DNA of 64,000 nucleotides from Gemmatimonadales bacterium (GTDB lineage Bacteria; Gemmatimonadota; Gemmatimonadetes; Gemmatimonadales; GWC2-71-9): NCBI GenBank assembly GCA_965249575.1, contig OZ252244.1, positions 2,048,001 to 2,112,000 of the forward strand, read 5' to 3'. Shown piece by piece: positions 9,533 to 17,658 of this stretch (position 1 is its first letter; each line of letters starts with the position of its first letter). The notes under the pieces were generated by a model. It saw only the letters and a program-made list of their open reading frames with translations, ran no database searches and was not told where the DNA came from. The position numbers and the translations under genes were made by a program.

Positions 9533-10332
9533 GACACCCGAGCCAGGGTGCGTTTGGCTGCGGCGCTGAAATAGCGGTCGCGGGCGATCGTCAGCGCCTG
9601 TTGTGGGGACAGCGAGACGCGAAGCTCGCCGGGGGTCATCCCAAACACTTCCTTCACGTTCTGGGCAAGAGAGCGCGTCTGCGCGTACCCCAGCTTCGTG
9701 GCCACGTGTTCCACCGTGTATCCCGGGTCCTGGAGCAGCCGGTGCGCGTAAATGGCTCTGAGGACCATCAGCACGACGCTCGGCGAGGGCAAGCCCGCCT
9801 TGGCGAACCACCTCAGGCAGGTGCGGCGGTCCATGCGGGCGCGATCTGCCAGTTCCTGTACGGACTGCACGGCGCCGGGTTCGCGAATAACCGTCTCGAT
9901 TGCCCACCGTAGCTCGCTCGGGAATTCCTGAAGGACGTCGGCAAGGCCGGCGACCAGTCGGCCCGACACCGCATTGGCAGCCTCGCCGCTCAACAGCTCA
10001 GCGAGCCGCGCGGGATGATCGTCGTGCCGTGCGACCACGACCTGCGATATCCCCGCCTGGCCGAGCGCCAGCAGCACTGGGGCGACTGCGGGGGAAAGGT
10101 GAGTGTAGAGAATCACGGGGAGTGACGGGAACAGCACCCGCAGCCGTTCGATTTCTCTGGCTCGCGCCTCACCCTCGAGCGCCGGGTCGAGGACACCCAT
10201 TTCGACCGGCTTGCTCAAGATCGTGTCCAAGGTCGCATCCCACCGGGAGGTGGGTGCGAATCGGAACCGGTCGCGAGCCGCGTACCGGAGCCGGCTCAGG
10301 AGAGATCCTTCAACGGCTGCTAATACGAGCAT
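9529..10332 (-). CDS. AraC-family regulator with degenerate receiver-like N-terminal domain
   Basis: C-terminal SVQELADRARMDRRTCLRWF and TVEHVATKLGYAQTRSLAQNVKEVFGMTPGELR; N-terminal VLDP..FPSLPVILYT. Confidence 0.88.
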   Translation of the reverse strand: MLVLAAVEGSLLSRLRYAARDRFRFAPTSRWDATLDTILSKPVEMGVLDPALEGEARAREIERLRVLFPSLPVILYTHLSPAVAPVLLALGQAGISQVVVARHDDHPARLAELLSGEAANAVSGRLVAGLADVLQEFPSELRWAIETVIREPGAVQSVQELADRARMDRRTCLRWFAKAGLPSPSVVLMVLRAIYAHRLLQDPGYTVEHVATKLGYAQTRSLAQNVKEVFGMTPGELRVSLSPQQALTIARDRYFSAAAKRTLARVS

Positions 10333-10335
10333 GAA

Positions 10336-10369
10336 TGTCCCAAAAACGACATAAACTGTCCCAAAAACG
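10336..10369. promoter_or_regulatory. Tandem direct repeat, putative AraC operator
   Basis: TGTCCCAAAAACG at 10336-10348 and 10357-10369 (perfect 13-mer, 21-bp period) between the divergent AraC and peptide genes. Confidence 0.7.
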
Positions 10370-10464
10370 CCCTTCTGGTCGCTGCTACCGCGGCGCACCT
10401 TGTGACCCGTATCACAGTTTGGTGCACAGCAGTTCCACTTCAAGGGCTCCATGCCGGAGGTCCT

Positions 10465-10596
10465 ATGCCCCGCCGTGTCCGTCTCTTTCTGTTCGCCGTT
10501 GTCGCGTCCGTGGCCCTGTCCACGGCGGCCTGTTCGAACATTGCCGGTCCGTCATTCGAGTGCGGCGGCGGCTCGCAGAACTCCGACACCTGCTAG
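10465..10596 (+). CDS. 43-aa exported peptide / micro-lipoprotein precursor
   Basis: GGAGG RBS (10456-10460); MPRRVRLFLFAVVASVALSTAAC signal with lipobox-like TAAC; mature part CSNIAGPSFECGGGSQNSDTC. Confidence 0.75.
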   Translation: MPRRVRLFLFAVVASVALSTAACSNIAGPSFECGGGSQNSDTC

Positions 10597-11850
10597 CTAA
10601 ATAGTCGCTCGTAGCAATTGGAGCTGGTCGGCTACACCGTTCACGTCCGGATCGGCAGCCCAACCAACGGGTTTGCCGACCGGCTCCTTCGGAAGCTCGA
10701 CCTCCTCCAGAGCCCTCTCCGCCCGGAACAAGTATTCGTTTAGGTTGTACTTCTCCGCGCGGCGTATTGCCTTTCGTAGGTAACTGCGCCCGCGCCGAAG
10801 CATCCCAAAAGACGCCAGACCAACGCCCGTCCTGAGGTCTAGGTCGACTACTGCGTCCGGCGGGATACCTGGCTGCATCGCATCGAGTTCTCGTCTCCAT
10901 CGTTCAAACGACAAACGGTTCCCGGTGCTGGATGCAATATCCAAAAGCTCTAGCATAGCGTTGACGCGTATCGTTGGTGTGTCCTCTCCCGCAAGTATGA
11001 TCTGAAAGGCGTCCTCCGCCGCGGCATGGTACCCCAACGATTTCAATGCCTCCCCGAGGTCCGACAATGCGCGATGCCGATTGGCCGGCCGCTCGTAGAG
11101 CACGTAGGCCTTATATGCGTAGCTAACGGCCTCCGTGCTCCGACCCTGATGCTGGACAGCAACAGCAAGGTCGTGCAGGGCACGAGCCGCCGCGTCTCGG
11201 TCCCCAAGTGCCTCGGCCTCGGCAAGCACCGCCCGCAGCATCCGCTCGGAGCCTGGCAGGTTGCCGAGCTTCTGCATGACAATGGCCCGGCCGATCCGAC
11301 TCAGCAGCTCGGAGTGGCGGTCGCCGATTTTCAGCGCAGCGTCCCCACCGATCGTATAAGCGGCCATGGCTTCGTCGAGGCGGCTGGCCCGACGCAGCGC
11401 CCTTCCGCGCTGGAGATTGGCCGCCACCGTTTCTTGGGTTTCCTGCTCCTCCCTCAACCTGAGCAACGTGTCGAGAACGTCCAGTGCTTCTGCCAGGCGG
11501 AGCCCCTGTTCGAGCGAGTAGGCGAATGCGAGCATCGGGGGCCATAGTAATCGCTGGTTTTCAGACGTCCGTACCGACTCGGCCACGCGCAGGATCTCTC
11601 GCAGATGGCTGGTATCGGGGTTCGTTGGGCTCAGGGACTCGATGTATTCAGCCGCCGCGCTGATCTGATACGCCAACGCCCCATCCGATCGCGGGCGCCC
11701 AGGCGCAAACAGATCGATGATTCGCATGGTAAGAAAGCCGCCGAGGGCATGAGGCTGGAAACCGATGTCCGCCTCCGATGCACGCTCCAAAAACGACTCG
11801 TGGAGCTGGATGCCGTCTCGCGCGTCCGCTATGGATGGCGCGTTTATCAC
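10597..11850 (-). CDS. Tetratricopeptide-repeat protein (417 aa, no HTH or signal peptide evident)
   Basis: Repeated TPR-like helices (ANLQRGRALRRASRLDEAMAAY; ARALHDLAVAVQHQGRSTEAVSYAYKA; RALSDLGEALKSLGYHAAAEDAF); GAGG RBS before GTG. Confidence 0.88.
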   Translation of the reverse strand: MINAPSIADARDGIQLHESFLERASEADIGFQPHALGGFLTMRIIDLFAPGRPRSDGALAYQISAAAEYIESLSPTNPDTSHLREILRVAESVRTSENQRLLWPPMLAFAYSLEQGLRLAEALDVLDTLLRLREEQETQETVAANLQRGRALRRASRLDEAMAAYTIGGDAALKIGDRHSELLSRIGRAIVMQKLGNLPGSERMLRAVLAEAEALGDRDAAARALHDLAVAVQHQGRSTEAVSYAYKAYVLYERPANRHRALSDLGEALKSLGYHAAAEDAFQIILAGEDTPTIRVNAMLELLDIASSTGNRLSFERWRRELDAMQPGIPPDAVVDLDLRTGVGLASFGMLRRGRSYLRKAIRRAEKYNLNEYLFRAERALEEVELPKEPVGKPVGWAADPDVNGVADQLQLLRATI

Positions 11851-12046
11851 GTCAGACCTCGTGGGTTTAGCCCAAATCGTTGGTAGTAAGCCAAGTATGC
11901 CCCCCTTTTGTGGTTACGGCAAGTAGACCGAACGGTGATGGGTGCAGTTCCCGTGCCATCCCTCCGCTGGTTTACGCGTCGAAAAATGGGCCACTTAGGC
12001 GGGTTCTTGGGTCGGTCTGATGGCGAGACGCACGGCATGTTGCCCC

Positions 12047-12475
12047 ATGCGAAAAGGCCACACGTTGTGGGAGATCATGGTGGTACTCGTCCTGGTTGGG
12101 GTCCTGACGGCAGTCGGGGGGGCGCGGGTACCGCAATGGCTTGACAGGATTGCGGTTAGGCGTGCGGCTGGCGAATTGGCCGCTTTCTATCAGGTGGCCC
12201 GTTTCCGTGCGGTATTGCGGTCCCGCCGGGTGCGGATCGAGCTTCGTCCGGACGTGTTGCGCGCGGTCTACGATGGAGTGTCCGATTCTCAGCTGATCTC
12301 GATTCCCGGCCCGCGGCGGTACGGGGTTCAGATGGCGGTTTCCCGGCCTATGATCGGCATCCATCCGAACGGAGTGGGGTAGGGCGCCTCGAACACGAAG
12401 GTTGTGCTGCGGCGGGGGCTGGCTGCGGAATCGCTCACGACGTCTCGCGTCGGGAGGATCAAACGCTGGCGCTAG
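12047..12475 (+). pseudogene. FimT/GspH-like prepilin with an in-frame TAG
   Basis: Type IV prepilin motif RKG/HTLWEIMVVLVLVGVL; TAG at 12380-12382, after which the frame continues GASNTKVVLRRG..SRVGRIKRWR. Confidence 0.75.
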
Positions 12476-13568
12476 TGCTCGGCTTCCAAATCTTCGCTCA
12501 AGAAGACAAGTGTCTTGCGCCTGGAGATCGCGGCGGCGACTGCCTCCATGATCCGTGGATCGATCACCGTGCCGACGAGTGAGCGCATTCGATTGGTGGC
12601 GTCTTCGGGGCTGACCTTTTCCTGGTAGGGTCGCGAGGTGGTGAGCGCGTCATAGATCTCGGCCGCACATAAGATGCGGCCCCCGAGCGGGATGTCGTCG
12701 CCCGTGAGACCATCGGGGTAGCCACTCCCGTCCCAGTGCTCGTGATGACTCCTGACGAGGCCCACGATTGGGCCGAGGTGCTGCAGGGGCGCGAGAATCT
12801 GCGAACCGATGACGACGTGCTCCTTGACGTGCTCGTACTCTTCGCGAGTGAGCGGTCCCTTCTTGTTCAGGACCGCTTCGCGAACGCCGATCTTGCCCAG
12901 GTCATGGAGCCGGCCGGCCATCCGGGTTTGCTCGATCTCATCGTCGGAGAGTCCGAGCTCGTTAGCGATCGTCGCCGAGAAGGCCGCCACTCGCGCAGAG
13001 TCCCCGTTTGAAACTGGTCCTTTGCCTCTAAGGCGTTGATGAGAGCCTCGAGGGTTGCCACGTTGATCTGTTCGAGCTTCGCTCGCTCGCGTTCCAGCTC
13101 GGCCGATCGGCTCGCGACCTCTTCACGGAGCCAGGTAGAGATGTGACGGCTCTCCAGCATCGTGTGCCGGCGTCGCAGGGCTCGGTCGACGGCCTTGCTG
13201 AGGTCACTCAGCTCGATGGGCTTGGTGAGATAGTCGACGGCGCCGCGCTGCATGCAAATCGCGGCCGACGTCGCGTCCGTCATCGCCGAGAGCATCAAGA
13301 TGGCAAGGTCAGGATCGATATCGAGTGCCTCCACGACCACGTCGGTGCCGCTCATTCCGGGCATCCTGATGTCGAGGAGCATGAGGCTGGTTTGGCCCTG
13401 ACGCAGTTGCTCGAGCGCCTCCTCGCCCGTTCTGGCGGCCTTCACCGAATAGCCGCGCTGCTCGAGGTAGCGCACCAACGCGCTACGAAGCAGGTCCTCG
13501 TCATCGACGACGAGGACGGAAGTGTCCGTGGCTCGCTCAGCGGATGTCAAGGTGCCATCGTCGCTCAA
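12472..13568 (-). CDS. Response regulator with HD-GYP phosphodiesterase domain (frameshift near 13000)
   Basis: VLVVDDE..LLDIRMPG..YLTKP receiver; LHDLGKIG, HHEHWDGSGYPDGL; 1-nt loss in the expected TGHS motif; start approximate. Confidence 0.9.
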
Positions 13569-13658
13569 TACCGAAGCCGCGCATAGCGAACAAGAATAAC
13601 CCGTCCGTGGCGGTGCGCAACGCACAGATGATCGGCAATGTGCAGGGCCCCGGCGGGA

Positions 13659-14549
13659 TCAACCAGTTTCATTTCCATTCACGTCTCCGCGATCACGTGC
13701 GCCCTTGTCATCGACGTAGATGGGAGTCACTCGGCGCGGCACGATCCCAGCCAGCGCCGCCCACTTGAGGAGAGTGCTCACGGCGTTGCGTCCCTTCTCA
13801 CCGTAGTCGAGGGTGTAGTCGTTGACGTACATTCCCACGAACCGGTCGGCGTCGCGACGGCTCAGCCCCCGCGCGAAGTCCATTGCGTAGTCGAGTGCCT
13901 CGTTTCGGTTCTCGATCGCGTAGAGGATGCTGGCCCTGAGGTCACGCGATATCGAGCGTGTCAGCGAGACGCCTAGGTCTCGGCGCACCACGTTTCCCCC
14001 CAGTGGCAGCGGCAAACCGGTCTCCTGAAACCACCACTCACCGAGATCGGCCCAGAGGTGAAGCCCGCGCTCCGCGTAGGTCAGCTGACCCTCGTGAATC
14101 AGGAGACCCGCGGCGACGTCCCCCCGTAGCGTCGCGTCCTCGATCTCGTCGAACGGTGTTACCACCGGCACAAACTCCGGTTGGAAGAGCCGTAGGGCCA
14201 ATGCGGCGGTCGTTAGCGATCCCGGAATGGCCACCCGCTGTGCGCGGATTGCCGTTCGTGGACTCGAGGTCGGGGGCTGAACGGCAATGAGGCGAGGACC
14301 GTAGCGGTCCCCGAACGACGCGCCATGAGGCAACAGGTCGTAATGATCCGCAAGGTGGGCGTAAGCGTGAAACGAGACTGCCGTGACGTCCAGTTCGGTG
14401 TTCATGGCCCGTCGGTTGAGCGCCTCGATATCGGCGAGTTCGTGAGCATATCGTCGGTCCCCGGTGTCGACCTTCCCTTCCGCGAGGGCGTAGAACATGA
14501 AGGCATCGTCGGAATCTGGACTGTGGGCGAGCGTAATCGTTGGGCTCAT
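13659..14549 (-). CDS. mqnD: 1,4-dihydroxy-6-naphthoate synthase (futalosine menaquinone pathway)
   Basis: LAHSPDSDDAFMFYAL, GLLIHEGQLTY, DLGEWW..TGLPLPLGG, FVGMYVN. Confidence 0.9.
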   Translation of the reverse strand: MSPTITLAHSPDSDDAFMFYALAEGKVDTGDRRYAHELADIEALNRRAMNTELDVTAVSFHAYAHLADHYDLLPHGASFGDRYGPRLIAVQPPTSSPRTAIRAQRVAIPGSLTTAALALRLFQPEFVPVVTPFDEIEDATLRGDVAAGLLIHEGQLTYAERGLHLWADLGEWWFQETGLPLPLGGNVVRRDLGVSLTRSISRDLRASILYAIENRNEALDYAMDFARGLSRRDADRFVGMYVNDYTLDYGEKGRNAVSTLLKWAALAGIVPRRVTPIYVDDKGARDRGDVNGNETG

Positions 14550-15262
14550 CGATTGCTTAGCTCTCCGAGAACGCGGCGAGCCTCCTCGCCGAACGCTTCG
14601 AGTGTGCGGAGATGATGCCGGTACTCTTCGCGGACGCTGGCCAGCTCCTCGTCGTACCGCTCGAGGAAGGCTCGATACTCTCGGCGCAACGCGGCCGGAT
14701 TGGCTGTCCGCAGCAACTCCGCGCGAGCGACCGACAGCAGCAGATGCCGCGGGCTGCTTGCCTCGAGATCGCCGAGCTCTGAGCGAGCGGATGCTGTATC
14801 TCCTGAGGTCATGTGGATGAGGGCAAGGTGATAGTGTGCGTCGTCATCCAACTCGTCTAGCAGCGCGTATGCATCGATCGCCATGCGTCCGAAGAAGTGG
14901 GCTTCCTCTGTGTCTCCCCGCTCGGAGGCCGCCATGACGCGGTCGAAAAGGCGATCAGCCCGCTCGCGCGGAGACATTGCACTGATGTCCGGGGCGGGTC
15001 CGAGGCGGCTGGCCGCCTGTGATTCCAACGGCGGTACAGCGCTGGGGTCGTCGGCCGACCCGCGGTCGGCATCTGCCCCGAATCTCATGGCCGCTACGAT
15101 CGCGAACGCGGTGAGGGCGGCGCCGGCCCCGATCCAGGGTACGGAGAGCTTCCTCCCGGGACGGCGGCCGAGTGGCGTGCCACACAGGTGGCAAAACCGC
15201 GCACCTTGGCTCAGCTCCGCGCGACACGCCGGGCAGGCGCCGATCACTTCACCATCTGGCAT
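14546..15262 (-). CDS. Zinc-ribbon + TM + TPR-like protein
   Basis: CPAC..ARFCHLCG, TM helix, PDISAMSPRERADRLFDRVM; paralog at 59128-59886. Confidence 0.85.
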   Translation of the reverse strand: MPDGEVIGACPACRAELSQGARFCHLCGTPLGRRPGRKLSVPWIGAGAALTAFAIVAAMRFGADADRGSADDPSAVPPLESQAASRLGPAPDISAMSPRERADRLFDRVMAASERGDTEEAHFFGRMAIDAYALLDELDDDAHYHLALIHMTSGDTASARSELGDLEASSPRHLLLSVARAELLRTANPAALRREYRAFLERYDEELASVREEYRHHLRTLEAFGEEARRVLGELSNR

Positions 15263-15388
15263 TCATGGCTGACAGAATGTAGCTGGCGGTTCGGTGGGCG
15301 AGTAGTCGTTCGATCGCTCGTTGCGGAAAGCCGTCCCACACCTCTGGCCGCCTACCCGAGCCGGGCCCTCGGTGTTACTGTAGCGCGC

Positions 15389-15688
15389 ATGGGAGTAGAA
15401 TCCGGCGGGACCCCAAACCCGCGCCGCTTCGATCCTTCGCTGAGCGAGATCAAGACCTATCAGATGGGCGAACTCGTCCGTGGGGAAAACCGGTGGGACG
15501 TCCTACTAGAGACCGTGCCGGACGCGGACGTCGGTGGGATTCGTGGCCGAATCCACTTCGTGGCGGGTAACGCCGATCGACTGTCGGGCTGGATCTTTCT
15601 CGAGTGGTCGGAGAAGGACATCGACACTCGCTTCAATGACTTTTCCGCGCAGGAAATGTGGAACCTGCTCGATTCGCTCGCTGAATAG
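15389..15688 (+). CDS. Hypothetical protein (99 aa)
   Basis: Acidic globular sequence RGRIHFVAG..RLSGWIFLEWSEKDI. Confidence 0.7.
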   Translation: MGVESGGTPNPRRFDPSLSEIKTYQMGELVRGENRWDVLLETVPDADVGGIRGRIHFVAGNADRLSGWIFLEWSEKDIDTRFNDFSAQEMWNLLDSLAE

Positions 15689-15894
15689 CGCGGCGAGCAC
15701 GCGTCTGGAGCGCCCATCCCGTCTGAAGTCCGTCGTTGCGGCCTTATATTCCCGTTATAAGCGCTGCACGCGGTAATACCCAAGAGATCCCGCGATGCAC
15801 CATCGTGCCGGATGAATCTTGTACGACTGCGGATCCACTCGGATCGAGTATGGAATCGGTGCGACGATATCCCTGATGGGCATGGGAGGGAGCA

Positions 15895-16066
15895 CAACGA
15901 GGTGCTGGCGGCGATTGGCGACGATATCTGGGCTGACGTCCAAGGGGGGCAGACGGCGGGCTTCGAGGGATGGCTGGTTCGGACCGGCAAGTATCGAGAA
16001 GACGCTTTGAGCTCGAGCGGGGTGGAACCGGATCGGATTCTCGATTCGGTTGCTACGCTCGCCTAG
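15895..16066 (+). pseudogene. C-terminal remnant of a HAD-IIA hydrolase
   Basis: IGDDIWADVQGGQTAGFEGWLVRTGKYR..PDRILDSVA is HAD motif IV and the C terminus; motifs I-III are absent. Confidence 0.75.
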
Positions 16067-16084
16067 CCGACACCGTCCTCGGAC

Positions 16085-17650
16085 ATGCGATTTGCCGCCG
16101 TTCTAACGATACTCCTCGTTGCCGGAGCCCGTCCGGTGGCGCCGCAGACTCCGGATACCCTGTCCCCGATCATTGACTCCATCGTCGTGATCACCCACGA
16201 CATCTTCGATGCCAGTGAAGCCAGTGGCAACTTCCTGTTCAAGCTGGCCAACGCCGTCCGGTTTCGCACGCGGCCGTCGGTGGTACGTCGAGAACTGCTC
16301 TTCGAAAAGGGAAGTCTGCTGGACTCGGCCAACGTGGCCGAAACCCTCCGGAATCTGCGTGAGCGTGGACTGTTTCGGTCGGTCTCACTCGATACCGTTC
16401 GTCATATGGGGCGCCTGGTCGTTCGCGTCGAAACCCGGGACGGCTGGAGCACGAATCTCGAGGCGAACGGTCGCTCGACCGGCGGTACGTTCACGTGGTC
16501 GACGGGGATTACCGAGCAGAACTTCCTCGGTAACGGCGATTTCGCTCGAGTCGCGTTCCGAAGCGATGTCGATCGCAAGGCATTAACGGCGCAGAGCATC
16601 ATTCGGCGGGTCGGTGGGAGCCGTGTGGACGTGAGCGGCTTTTATGACGACCTATCCGACGGCTACGTTGGCGGTTGGGGGGCCGGAAGCCCGTTTCGTT
16701 CGTTTTCCGATCGCCGATCGGCGATCGTGGCCGGGAGTGTGGCCAGGCGACGCATCTTGCAGTACCGCGACGGCCTGCGCGCGGACAGCCTTCAGCGCCG
16801 TGCCCTCCACAACGCCGCCGCGGTCGGCTTCGCGCCCATCGCCGGTCCCGGTGGCTACGTGCGCGTGGGAATACAGGCACAAGTGCGGCGGGAAGAATTC
16901 CTCGCCTGGGTCGATCGATCGCTGAGTGTTCCGGATACGGTCACCGGCGCAGTCGGTGTCTTTGCCGAATGGGCCCGGGCCCGCTTCAAGGTCGTCAAGC
17001 ACTACAACGGCTTCGACCGCGATGAAGATATCGATCTCAGCGCCCGCGCTTCCGTTGCGGCGTGGGTGGCCCCCTCGGCGTTCGGCTACTCCCGGTCCGG
17101 TATTGGACCGGTCGTCTTTGCACAGGCGGGACTCGACTTCGGCCGCGGCTTCGCGAAGGTGACGGCTAGGGGCAATGGTCTGTTCAACGCGGCCGGACTG
17201 GACTCGGGTCGGGTCTGGGTTGGCCTGACCGTGGGCTCGCAGCCGTTTCGGAAGCAGGCAACGGTGCTTCACGTCCAGGCCGGGGCCATGGACGGTATCC
17301 CAGCCGGCCTCGAGTTCGACCTGGGCCATGGTGTGGGTCCGCGGTCGTTCTCTCCGCACGCGTTTACGGGCAACCGGATGGCGTGGGGGCTGCTCGAGCA
17401 TCGCGCCTTCCTGGTCGACGAGGTACTCGGCTTGCTGGGTCTGGGCTTCGCCGGTTTTCTCGACTACGGGGGCGCGTGGTTTTCCGACCAGCCAGCACGC
17501 GCAGGCGGCAACGTGGGGGTAGGGCTGCGACTGGGGGCTACCAGGTCGACTGGCACCAACGTGGGGCGGTTCGATCTGGCCTATCGGTTCGGGGAGGGAC
17601 GGACGGGGAAACGCTGGGTGTTCAGCTTCGGTCGAAGCTACACATTCTAG
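16085..17650 (+). CDS. Omp85/BamA-TamA family outer membrane protein (POTRA + beta-barrel)
   Basis: Signal peptide; TRPSVVRRELLF..ETLRNLR..GLFRSV POTRA; barrel ending GFLDYGGAW..GVGLR..RFDLAY..F. Confidence 0.88.
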   Translation: MRFAAVLTILLVAGARPVAPQTPDTLSPIIDSIVVITHDIFDASEASGNFLFKLANAVRFRTRPSVVRRELLFEKGSLLDSANVAETLRNLRERGLFRSVSLDTVRHMGRLVVRVETRDGWSTNLEANGRSTGGTFTWSTGITEQNFLGNGDFARVAFRSDVDRKALTAQSIIRRVGGSRVDVSGFYDDLSDGYVGGWGAGSPFRSFSDRRSAIVAGSVARRRILQYRDGLRADSLQRRALHNAAAVGFAPIAGPGGYVRVGIQAQVRREEFLAWVDRSLSVPDTVTGAVGVFAEWARARFKVVKHYNGFDRDEDIDLSARASVAAWVAPSAFGYSRSGIGPVVFAQAGLDFGRGFAKVTARGNGLFNAAGLDSGRVWVGLTVGSQPFRKQATVLHVQAGAMDGIPAGLEFDLGHGVGPRSFSPHAFTGNRMAWGLLEHRAFLVDEVLGLLGLGFAGFLDYGGAWFSDQPARAGGNVGVGLRLGATRSTGTNVGRFDLAYRFGEGRTGKRWVFSFGRSYTF

Positions 17651-17658
17651 AGGCGCAG

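Noticed and set aside
10465..10596. Classical RiPP biosynthetic cluster
   Set aside because: No radical SAM, lanthipeptide, YcaO, ATP-grasp or peptidase-ABC exporter gene nearby.
11847..12038. 63-aa ORF upstream of the TPR gene as a second peptide
   Set aside because: No signal peptide or clear RBS; it lies in the divergent promoter region.
12380..12382. Stop-codon recoding (pyrrolysine or alternative code) at the prepilin TAG, and selenocysteine at the TGA at 6441-6443
   Set aside because: TAG and TGA are normal stops for many genes here, no pyl/sel genes are present, and the window has many other lesions.
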